45,857 bases of DNA, from contig JALJEE010001448.1 in NCBI GenBank assembly GCA_023231475.1, positions 1 through 45,857 of the forward strand, in the 5' to 3' direction. A program made the translations under genes and the position numbers. The DNA comes from Seison nebaliae (taxonomy: Eukaryota). The notes below the pieces were generated by a model. It worked only from the letters and a program-made list of their open reading frames with translations. It was not told the DNA's origin and did not search any database. How positions within the stretch are numbered: position 1 is the first letter of the stretch; every line of letters begins with the position of its first letter. Positions 9,281 through 20,436 of the stretch are shown piece by piece.

Positions 9281-12200
9281 ATGAGTTCGATCGCGCTTCT
9301 TATCGCGCTTATGGTCAACTTGGTGGTAGGAGAGAATATTTCTCTAATTCTAACAGATGGTACTAAGAACGATGTCAGTTATTTCTCCCAGATCGGTAAT
9401 GAATTCTACAAGGATTTCTTCCGTTTACATCCTTATCGAATGTTAATTCTTTTCCTTTCACATCATCAATTAATCATAATCAATTCCATCAGTTACTATG
9501 AGAAAGCGTCGTTAGATGAATCACCGACGAAATTAATGGAGATGTTATGTCGAACATTTGAATCACAACCGAAGATCGTTTCTGTAGCTGCGGCATTACG
9601 GTATATGAAGCCGGATAAAGCTTTACGTTCCATTCATTTAATATCATCAGTTATGCAATATAGTCGGGTTCCATTATATATCTGGCATCATCTAATACGA
9701 AATTATCAAGAGGTTTTCCTTTTCTTCTTCCCCTTTTCTCTCTCAACTTGTTCTACTAGGTACTCTTCCAAAGTAAATATCTACTTCAAGTTTCACCTTC
9801 ATATGATGATGAAATTAAGGCGATGTTTTCTTTATTCGTCTTTTATAATTGGCAAGCATTTAATGTGGTGGTGACAGATGGAATTGGTCATCGAAATTTT
9901 TTGAATTCGATAAGGAAATATGTTAATCGAATGGAATATAATTATCAGTTATATTCTGATAAAGATGTCAATCGATTGAGAAATCGAACATTCTCCTACG
10001 AAACGTACAATCAAAGAAAATTGATGAAAGTGGTGATTCTGGAAGCAGAGAAATTACAAGAACGAAGAACCGGTGTCAACTATGCAATTGACCGATTGCA
10101 GTTATTGAGTAGTTATCCAGCGAGAATTACAATCGTATTTGGTGGTCGGGAAGTTAAGACGATTTTTAAAGCAGCGAAAAGATTAAATTTATTAACTAAC
10201 GAATATTTGTGGTTGTTGAGTTCCTTCTACTTCCGTAATAGAATACGAGGAGTAGATGATTTACAAAATCCTTTAATTTGGAGACGATCCAATCTACCTC
10301 ATGGTTTATTAGGTGTTTATTATGCAGCTGAACCACAAATGATGCATCAGAATGATATGCAGAGTACGAAAGATGATGAATCATCAAATTCTCCTTCCAA
10401 TCTCAATCAATATTATACGAATCAAAGTATTTTCAGTTATGTGAAATCGTACAAAACTTTTTATCACGAACTTAACAAAATCAAACTTGGACAAGATGTT
10501 TCATGTTCGAAATTGAACGGAAAATTTTCCATCCGCCAAGCAGATATGAAAAATGCTCGACATCGAATGTTCAACACGATTTTCAATAAACGTTCTCAAA
10601 TAATGTATGAAGATTTCTTCAAGAACTTCTTCAACGAAGAATCAAAGAAAGGACACCATATGAAATTAGAAGAAACACAAAAACAAATTAATTTCAATAT
10701 AGTCGGACAACGATTAAAAGCTGATTTTCAAATACTAAATTTCCACTCGAAAAATACATGGAATCAAATCGGCAGTTGGAATGGATTAAATTTTAATTTA
10801 ACCGTCTCCAACATCGTTTGGCCGGGTAAAGCGGCAGTACCACCATCAGGAAAGCCAAAAAAATATTTCCTTCGAGTAGTCACGTTAAGAGAGTCGCCAT
10901 TCGTTATCATGACTAATATGAATGATGATGGTAAGTGTGGTAGTGGAACGGTGCGTTGTAACGTCAGCGACCCAGTTTATGCGACGAATAAGAAAAAACA
11001 TGTTATTGGCTATAAATCCAAATTGAATTGTTGTACCGGTTTCTGCATCGACATTTTGGAGCAATTAGCAACTAAATTAAATTTTCGTTATGAATTATAT
11101 GAAGTTGAAGATCGAACATGGGGTGGTCGAGATGAAAATGGTGAATGGAACGGTCTCATACATGACGTTATTACAAAAAAAGCTGATATTGTGATGACTT
11201 CATTGAAAATCACTCAAGCTCGAAGTGAAAGTATTGATTTCACTGTACCGTATATGGATACGGGTATTGGAATTATAGTATCAGCGAGAAGTGGAGCAAT
11301 TTCGACAACCGCTTTCCTCCAACCATATGATTATGTGATTTGGATAATGATATTATTTGTTTCACTTCATTCGATTTGTTTGAGTTTATTCTTATTCGAA
11401 TATATTGTCAATACTCGAACATGGCACAAAAAGAAGAAAAATATCGTGAAAAACCATCAGAACTTTATATCATCGAATAATAATTTAACTTTTACGGCAT
11501 TCATACAAAAGAAATATCGGAACTCGTTGTATAAAACCGAATTATCAAAGCAATACATATCAACCAGATGGACGAATGATTTGGCCGTTCAGAATGATGA
11601 GGATAAACCAGCACCTCATATCACCATCTGTTCGAGTTTGTGGTTGGTCTGGTCACTCCTCTTTCGAGCTACAGTTAAACTTGATCATCCAACAACTGTC
11701 GCCGGGAGATTTCTCGCAAATATTTGGGCATGTTTTTGTTTGGCTTTTACGGCATCATATACCGCTAACTTGGCAGCATTCATGATAACGAAGGAACATT
11801 TCTTTGAATTATCTGGCATCCAAGATGCTCGAGTTATTCCTTTATTTCTCTTATGCTTAATTAATTTGAATTATCTAGTTAATTAATCCGTATAAACCAT
11901 TACCTGCATTTCGATTCGGTACCGTTAAATACGGTTCTACTGAGGAGAATATTCGAAGAAATTTCCCTAAAATGAATGAGTATATGAACGTCTATAAGAA
12001 GCGAAGATTAGAAGAAGGAATTGATTCGTTAAAAAATAAGTTATTTTTTCTTCCCATATTATTATATATAATTTGAAATTCTTTTATTTTCTAGTGAGTT
12101 AGATGCATTTTTGTATGATGCTGTTGTACTCGAATATACGAGTAGTCAAGATGAAGGTTGCCGATTACGAAACACCGGAAAATGGTACAGTATGACAGGT

Positions 12201-12910
12201 TGAAAATTCGTTGTACCGTGAAAAAAATCAGGATTATTATTATTCGTTTTAGGATATGGAGTTGGCTTGCCGATCGGTTCAATGTGGAAAAGTAAGATTA
12301 GTAATGAACTGCTACAAATGCAAGCGAACGGTTATTAATAATTAAATAATCATCGTTAATAAACGAATTCTTTTTAGGAGTATTAGAAAGATTACAAAGA
12401 TACTGGTTCATGGGTGCATGTAAATCGAAGAACAACGACAAAGATCAACGAAGTTCACAACGACTAGGAGTGCTTAATTTTATTTCAGTTTTTCTACTAC
12501 TTATAACCGGTGTGACGATTAGTTTAATAACGTTATTTATCGAATATTTTTATATTCGCTTCTCCGCCAAAAACAAACATTTTGATGAGGAACAAGAGAG
12601 TGATGACAGTAACACTGATGGTGATTCCATCCAATTATTACCGTTGACCTCCAAGTTATCAAATGACAACGAAAATGATGAAAATGATATAATGCGGTCG
12701 AACATTGCTATAATTCCTGTTATACCAAACGAACCTCATCGAATAAAGAGGAAGAGAACGAGAACGAGAAGTCAAAGATACATCCAAGTTACTAACCCGA
12801 ATTATCGATCTACAGATATAGAAGAATCAGCTGTCGAAAGAAAAGTGGATGATGGAAAGATTCGCAAACATTCGAAACGTAAGAAAAGTAGATCACGGAA
12901 GAGAAATTAA
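9281..12910 (+). CDS. NMDA-type ionotropic glutamate receptor, GluN2/NR2-like subunit (~1109 aa, 7 exons)
   Basis: Signal peptide MSSIALLIALMVNLVVG; S1 motifs CCTGFCIDIL and WNGLI; M3 SYTANLAAFMIT; S2 motifs FRFGTVKYGSTE, AFLYDAVVL and TGYGVGL. Exons 9281-9441, 9493-9712, 9760-11832, 11879-12039, 12095-12198, 12253-12330, 12378-12910. The first intron (51 nt) is in-frame and only inferred. Confidence 0.93.
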
Positions 12911-13134
12911 ATTGTTCGACTCAAACAACGAATGTGAAAGAATGATATTGTTGACCCACGTTATCATCTTAGGCTCATCTTAATCAAAACTATTTTTTCG
13001 TTAATTTATTTTTAATAAACTTTCTCATTGTTTCTCATGAACTAACAATATGAAATATCGAGGATTAATAAAGAATTCGGAAAATTAGTTCTGGAAAATA
13101 CAGAAATTTATTTATTTAATGTAAAAAATACAAC

Positions 13135-15315
13135 TCAATAATTTGTCTTATCTAGTTCATTGAATTCTAATGCTGGTGCATTTATCGTACTGATATTGAG
13201 AAGACGAACAGAAGATTTTGTATTCAATAAACCTACAGTACTTTCCGACGTTTTTATCGTTCGATTCTTATCGAATTTATAATATAATTGATCGTCTTTC
13301 CGAGAATAATCATCATAGTTTTTTCCTTCAAAAAAAAGAATAAGATCATATATCAATAAATTAATTTAAACTTATCAGATAACTGATGGGAACAGCTACT
13401 AAGAGAAAGATGATCATTGCCAATGGAGTAAGATATAAATATGATAAGGAACCGATTAAGTCATGAGCAGAAGTTCTAGAAATTTCACGTTGAAATTTTT
13501 AACTTACAAATTTTTCTAACTTGTCGGTGGTAATTCGATAAGTGGCCATTCTGGTGATATTATGGAAATCAGTACAATTATCAATGGATACTGGTTTGGG
13601 CACGGTGGTAGTGTTTGTTGATGTAACGCTTAAGATTGACACGGTTAAATTAATAATACTGGAAATTAATAATCCACAAAATGCGCCATTTCCTTCAATA
13701 ACGGGAATAAAGAAACCACCTACAAAGCACGCTAATAGAGGACCGCCTAACATACCAAAAATTGAGAGAGTTAATTGTAAAATTGATTTGGGCAAATATT
13801 GACAAAGGAAGGCCATGGCTATTTGTAGAAGACCGAAAACTATTCCAAGAATAGTCGTTAATCTTGTTGAAATAACTTCATTTAATGTATTATGTTTGAC
13901 ATGAATATAAATTGGTTGAATAAAATCTTTTAAAACAACAGCAGCTAATGAATTGAGACCAGAAGATACGGTACTTAACGAAGCAGAATAAATGCACGCA
14001 ACAAATAATCCAGGAAGTCCATTAAACTTCCCTAACAGATCCATCACCATATATGGCAATAACTGATCGATTTTGGAGATTTCATGTTTCAATAATGGAT
14101 CACAATTCGCATATTTACTAGCGGCAATTAAACCACAAAAACAGGTGAGAGTGAAGAAACAGGAGGCCATGATGAATGTCGTATAAACAGCTTTCTGTGC
14201 AGCACGAGTAGTTGGAAGACTGAAATATCGTTGCAACATCGCTTGATTTGAAGCATAAACAGTAAATGTGTTTAATGTATTCCCAAAGACGATAGTCCAA
14301 AAAGTATGTCGTTTAAAAGGTGTGAAATCGAATTCATTGAAATCAATACGACCAACAATGTTACTTAATCGGAAGACTTCCTTCACTCCACCAACCGAAA
14401 TAATACCTTGAATGACAATTGCTAATAAACCGGCAAATATGATAAATATTTGAAAACTATCAGTCCACATTACGGCTTTCATTCCACCCTAAAAATGGTT
14501 TTATTTCAAACAAATTATTCCTGCTCTTATTTCTCACCTATTCGTTCTCTTTTAGAGTTCGAGTTGAGATCACTAACGAAACTTGTGTATAAGGTACAAA
14601 TTAAACCGGTGGCAAATATTGATACCCACAACGGAATACCCGTAACTGAATTATTTTAAAAACAGAATCATAATGGATGGAATTATATGAATGTGAAACC
14701 TTGATTAATCGCCAACGCCGGTGTATACATGACGACTCCCATATAAAAGAACTGAATGAATCGAATAAAATAAAAATTCTCCGAATGATCAAAAATGAAC
14801 GAACCATTTGAATAACGAACACAGATGATGCTAAAACTCGTGTTTTATAATCAAATCGATGACCAAAATACTAAAGGATTTTATTTATTTTAAATTATTT
14901 AATTTCGAAAGAAACAAACGAACCTCGTAAGCACTCACCAAATCAAGATTTCTTATTAATGGCAACCAAAGATGAGCCACAACCGGACAACAAATAACAT
15001 AACAAATAATCGTATACATGTACATTGTTCCATTTGAATAAACTTCTTGACTGAAACCGAGTATAGCGATAGCACTTGTGAAGCTTGCTAACAGCGACAT
15101 CGAGACTGGGAAGACCTATTTATTCGATAGTTATTTTTCTCATGAAACGGAAGAGAAGTATCTTATTTAACTGACATGTCTCCTCCGCCCAACAACATCT
15201 TCTTCGTTGTAATTTGTTCCTTCCGTCCTTTGACGATATAGAAGATGCCGATAGCAGCTGATATCAGTAAAATAATGGAAAAGACAACATAATCCGCCAC
15301 GCTGAAATTCGTCAT
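13135..15315 (-). CDS. SLC5 sodium/solute symporter, SMVT/SMCT/NIS-like subfamily (594 aa, 8 exons)
   Basis: Motifs DYVVF, FPVSMSLLASF, SAYEY, YTPALA, GGMKAVMWTD, NQAMLQRY, PGLFVACIYSASLSTVSSGLNSLA. Exons 15315-15172, 15115-14924, 14870-14805, 14751-14700, 14645-14578, 14488-13521, 13475-13372, 13325-13135 total 1785 nt in frame. Confidence 0.93.
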
Positions 15316-18093
15316 TATTTCCGGAAAAATTTTTCAAATTCTCCTTTAAAATGTAAATAAATTTTAGTTGGCTTTCTTCCTCTTCTATTTAGTTAGTCAA
15401 CAATTTAAAGTGAAATGATTATTTACAATTATTTCTTATTATTTATTCGTTCTGCATTGTCTATTCTAGGGATATATACGAACTGTTCAAGTTCATTAAG
15501 TTTTATGTAAATGACTCGATACTCTTCCGTCTTCTATAGTTCCACATTGTTTTCTGTAATTCGAAGAATTTCTAATTATCTATTCTCTTTCAATAAAAAT
15601 AATCTTTTTGTAAAGTCAATGTATATACATTCCATTTAGGAGGGGAAAGGTGAAAAATGCAAGTTTGATTTTCTTCAATGTCAAAATGAGCAAATAATGA
15701 TGGTTTGATGACTTTGATAATTCACCAACCATTTTTCATCAGATCATCCCCAACAATTTCTCCTTTCCCAAAAAAAAGATAGAATTGTGCAAGAATAGAA
15801 CTTTCTCATAATAATGATCATACTTTTCTATTCGTACAATTCATCTCCATTCAAATGTGCATGAAACGTCCTTCAATTCACGAAATATGACTGAGAGTTC
15901 ACTTCGAGAAAAATAAGTGGATCTGATTGAATTATGTAATAATATTTTTTTCAGGAGAAAGAAAAGTTTCTTTTGACATCTGTGTACCATAACTACTTTA
16001 TGGTAAGTGGGAAATTTTCTTTTTTGCGGAATTTTTTTCATCTTTATCGATCAGTCAATTTCTGCACAACATTCCACTTTTCATTATGGTAAATTGAGGA
16101 AATGTACAAAAAAGGGGAAATAAAGTCAACCATTTTGAATGATAAATTTCTAACGAATTCATTCCCCATCATGTTTAAGTGGGAGGGAAGATTGGTCTTG
16201 TGAATTTCGTTGATTTCTTTTTATGTTTTTCTTTTCAATCACGATCAATTATTACATTCAATTATTACATTCAATTATCAATCGATGTAAAATAATTTTT
16301 AGGAAGAATATTCTATCCAGATAAACATCGAACATTTCGCTTGTATGGAAAGCATATGGTCGAAATTGAATCCTAATCATTGATGTATGGTTACTTAATC
16401 ATTGAAAATTTAGAAGTGGCTATTCATTAGGAAAATTTTGATTGATTTGAAGGGAGGAGAATGGTAGTCGAATATTTTGCGGTTAGAGTCCAATTGTATA
16501 AACAGAGACGTAATCTTCTGTTAGTTACATTAAGACAAATGAAAATATATATACAACCCAATAAGCTCATAAACAATACCAAATGATTTTCTTGTCCTAC
16601 TTTCCACAATTTAACGAATCTCATTTCTATATTGATTTCACAACATCTCCCATCAATATCGATCGTGATAAATAGAAAGAAATGATATTAATTCGATTAT
16701 CCAAACAAAGTTTTTGATAGAATAAGAACGTTGAAATGATAAAAAGAAAAGTTTGCCGATACACTTTCCTGCATCAATCTCATTCTAATCGAAGAAGTTC
16801 GTTATAATAACAAAATAACTTAGAAAATTAATTGGAGAGAATCCAGAAATTTTTCATCCTATTATCCTAATTAGTTGTTGACTCATTTGATATTGTTTCT
16901 TTGGGAAAAAGAAATGTTAATTTTATTGTCTCACTTTTTATTTCTTTGTCCTTCTCCGCACATTCATCACGGCAGCAAATGTTGATTTATCGGATTTTTA
17001 TTCTTATTTTATTAGACTAAATGAGAAAAATCAAAAAAATAACAATAAGAGAAGAAGACGGAATTACTTCCTCCAACTATTTTATTATCCGGTTCATCGT
17101 TTTCTAATTGATGGATCGCTTCCACAAAATAGAGAGGAAGCGACAAAAGAGAAGTCTCTATCATACTTTCTTTTCGTATGCCAGAATCTTTATGGAATAG
17201 ATAGAATCGATAAATTCACATCAGTATCAGAATTATTCATATCCTTCCTATATATCTCTCATTCGATTCGAGTAAATTAGTATAAGGTCGTCGACGCAAT
17301 TTCAGGAGAGAATCATTTCAACTATACTTTTCCCTCCCTTATTTCCCTCATCTGATTAAATTCGTCTTACCCAATAAAATGTCATATGAATTGTCTACTT
17401 TGTTTCTTCATCATAAAAGAATTTGATAAAGTTAATAATTTTCTTCTAATGAAATTTCTCATCACTTCCCCAGTCCAGATACATTTCAGAGACATTAATT
17501 AAATTTTATTTACTTTCATTCTCCATTAGCCTGCAGCAATGTCATCAGGAATTACCTAAGAATTGTGTTTAAATTATTGGAGGAGATTGAGGAGAGTATA
17601 TGTCGTAAAGGAGAAATAGTAGTAGTATTCTTACTTATAATTATTGTTGTATGACCTTGAATTATTTTTGTAGAATGGCATAAAATATTGTCATTTCTAG
17701 CAGCTTTGTAAGGATGATGGCTGATTCTATGAATATTAATAAGAAATGAGCTCTGACACTTTCAAAATATTAACGATCTACGACTGGAGAAATTTCCACA
17801 TTACTTTTCATACTCCATTTCTTGGTGATTAACCGTTTCTCCTTTATTTGTTTGCATCGTCTATTTCTTACTTGAGTTAATTCCCTCGAGTTTCTCCTCC
17901 AAAAACAAGCCATTTATTAATTGAACCATTGTGTGATGTGTGATTAGATTAAAGTTCTGTTAGTTAAGGGAGTCTTAGTCTACGTAGCAGTACTATGTAA
18001 TTCTTAAGAAAACTTATTAATTAGGACATTTTATTATAAATTAGATCAAATTTAAGCGATGTTCTAGGATTGACTTTTAAGCTTATGTACATA

Positions 18094-18107
18094 ATTACCA
18101 TGGAAAC
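18094..18107. promoter_or_regulatory. RFX X-box-like motif upstream of KIF6
   Basis: ATTACCATGGAAAC matches the consensus GTTNCCATGGNAAC except at the first base. It ends 31 nt before the ATG of a cilia-associated kinesin. Confidence 0.6.
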
Positions 18108-18138
18108 AGATCAGTAGATCGAAGAAAATACTTAAAAA

Positions 18139-20436
18139 ATGAAGCAGAATATATCGATATATTGTCGATTAAAACCGTTATTGAGATCAGAGCGAACTGG
18201 TCCGTTCGAAGTGAACGATGATAAAAGTATTCTGAGCTTTTACGTTCCAAAAGAGAAGTCTCAAGGATATATCAATAACAAGAAAGAAGAATATCGTTTC
18301 AAATTTAACAACATCTTCACTGAGGAATCGACTCAGGATTTCATATTTGACAATGTCGCTAAACCTGTGGTAGATAGTGCATTGAATGGAATAAATGGCA
18401 CGATATTTGCATATGGACAGACAGGAAGTGGTAAAACATTTACCATTACCGGTGGTCCAGAGAAATATTCAGATCGTGGAATTATTCCACGATCAATCTC
18501 TTATATTTGGGACAAGTTGACTGACTGGAAAGTTCAAGGACAAATTTCGACATTCGATCTACGTATCAGTTACATGGAAATATATAATGAGAATGGTTAT
18601 GACTTGTTGGATTCGAGACAGAATAGAATTAAACGACTTGAAGATTTACCGAAAATCATTCTACAAGAAGGTGATAACGGTGTAACGGTTTTGAAAAATT
18701 TATCCAAAAATAATGTCAAATCGAAAGAAGATGCATTAAATCTCCTCTTTATTGGTGATACAAATCGGATGATAGCTGAAACTCCGATGAATCAAGCATC
18801 GACGAGATCACACTGTATTTTCACTTTACATATTCTCCATCGAGAAACCTCATCAGCTTTATTGAAAAAATCGAAATTGCATTTGGTAGATTTGGCTGGA
18901 TCTGAACGAGTAACGAAAAGTCGAGTTGCAGGTCAAATATTGAAGGAAGCGACTTATATCAATCTGTCATTACATTTTCTAGAACAAGTGATCATTTGTT
19001 TGGCTGAGAAGAATCGGGTTCATGTTCCTTATCGTAATTCGATGATGACGATGATGTTGAAAGATTCGTTAGGTGGCAATTGTTTAACTTCTATGATAGC
19101 AACTTGTTCAATAAACCAATTGCATATCGATGAATCGATATCGACTTGTAACTTTTCACAACGAGTAGCTCTCATCAAGAATGAAGCGATGATTAATGAG
19201 GAAGCTGATCCCAAAGTCATCATTCAAACATTGAAACAAGAACTGTCGATGTTGAAACAACAGATGGCGACATCATCAGATAATAATGGAAAATCTGCAT
19301 TGATCAATCGAGAACTGACAGAGACAGATCGACAATCGATCGATAAACAAATCGATATATTCATCACAAATGATGAACAGTTGCCGGAGATATGTATGGA
19401 AATTAATTATCTCAAATATGTTTATCATACTTTCAGACAGCATATTTTAAGAATGAAACATAATCAAATGAATTCGGAAGGAAATGTTCAAACTCAAAAA
19501 ATTCTTGTTCCATTATCATCTTATGATAATAAAGATACAGCTGCTTTAAAATCAATCATTGAACAACGTGACACAGAAATTAGTATTTTAATTGATTTGT
19601 TGAAAAAAGAAAAAGAGAAATCCAATTCCAGCGTCATTAACTCTGCACCGAATTCTGCACCATATCAACGAGAAAAAATTAGTTCGTTAGGACAATTCTC
19701 TGTTCCATTGAAAACGCCTCCCAAATTCTCTCACATGGAGAATGAGTCTGATGCGAGATTAGCAGCATTCGAAATATTTCGAGTGAAACATTCGGCCGCT
19801 AAGCGACTGGATGATCAGAGAATCAAATTAAAAGGACTTTATGTGACCGCGAAGAATTTAGGGAATGAAGTTCATGCGATTCGTGAGAAGATAATGGAAT
19901 GGAAACGAGAACGGGAATTGGATGATATTAAATTGAATCAAATTCAAAATGATCCCACAGTTCCCGAGAAAGATGTTAATAATTTTACAGATCGGATGAA
20001 TGAAGCACATCAAAATTTAGTGAATGAGAAGGAGATTTATAAGACTAGTCTAGCTCAGTTGAGAGAAATGAAGGACATTGTTGACCATGAAACATTTCTT
20101 CTCGATCGAATCAAATTGGAAATTCAACGAGATTTTCAAGTGTGGTGGAATGAACAGGAGGAGCGGCAACAAACCGATAATGAACTTCAGCAGAAGATGA
20201 GAACAGATGACGAGTTGAAGATATATAATAAGAAATCAATTGATTATCGGGGAGGAGGAGATGCTTCTTCTTCTTCTATTCCTCCGACTCATTTACAAAT
20301 TAACAATACATCTCCCATGAAAACGGGAGACGACGAAACCGATAAACATATTCAGGCATTCCTTAAGGCGAGAGACAGAGTAAAGCAAACATCAATACGA
20401 TCATCAGCCGATGCAACGAATGTTGAACGGCATTGA
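18139..20436 (+). CDS. KIF6: Kinesin-9 family motor KIF6 (765 aa, single exon)
   Basis: P-loop GQTGSGKT, switch motifs AETPMNQASTRSH and DLAGSE, and HVPYRNS. The C-terminal TGDDETDKHIQAFLKARD resembles the KIF6 tail motif. Confidence 0.88.
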   Translation: MKQNISIYCRLKPLLRSERTGPFEVNDDKSILSFYVPKEKSQGYINNKKEEYRFKFNNIFTEESTQDFIFDNVAKPVVDSALNGINGTIFAYGQTGSGKTFTITGGPEKYSDRGIIPRSISYIWDKLTDWKVQGQISTFDLRISYMEIYNENGYDLLDSRQNRIKRLEDLPKIILQEGDNGVTVLKNLSKNNVKSKEDALNLLFIGDTNRMIAETPMNQASTRSHCIFTLHILHRETSSALLKKSKLHLVDLAGSERVTKSRVAGQILKEATYINLSLHFLEQVIICLAEKNRVHVPYRNSMMTMMLKDSLGGNCLTSMIATCSINQLHIDESISTCNFSQRVALIKNEAMINEEADPKVIIQTLKQELSMLKQQMATSSDNNGKSALINRELTETDRQSIDKQIDIFITNDEQLPEICMEINYLKYVYHTFRQHILRMKHNQMNSEGNVQTQKILVPLSSYDNKDTAALKSIIEQRDTEISILIDLLKKEKEKSNSSVINSAPNSAPYQREKISSLGQFSVPLKTPPKFSHMENESDARLAAFEIFRVKHSAAKRLDDQRIKLKGLYVTAKNLGNEVHAIREKIMEWKRERELDDIKLNQIQNDPTVPEKDVNNFTDRMNEAHQNLVNEKEIYKTSLAQLREMKDIVDHETFLLDRIKLEIQRDFQVWWNEQEERQQTDNELQQKMRTDDELKIYNKKSIDYRGGGDASSSSIPPTHLQINNTSPMKTGDDETDKHIQAFLKARDRVKQTSIRSSADATNVERH

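Noticed and set aside
13502..13507. Canonical GTAAGT donor in the SLC5 gene
   Set aside because: Splicing from it to the 13476 acceptor gives NFCS-stop and loses the last TM. The GTT donor at 13520 keeps the frame.
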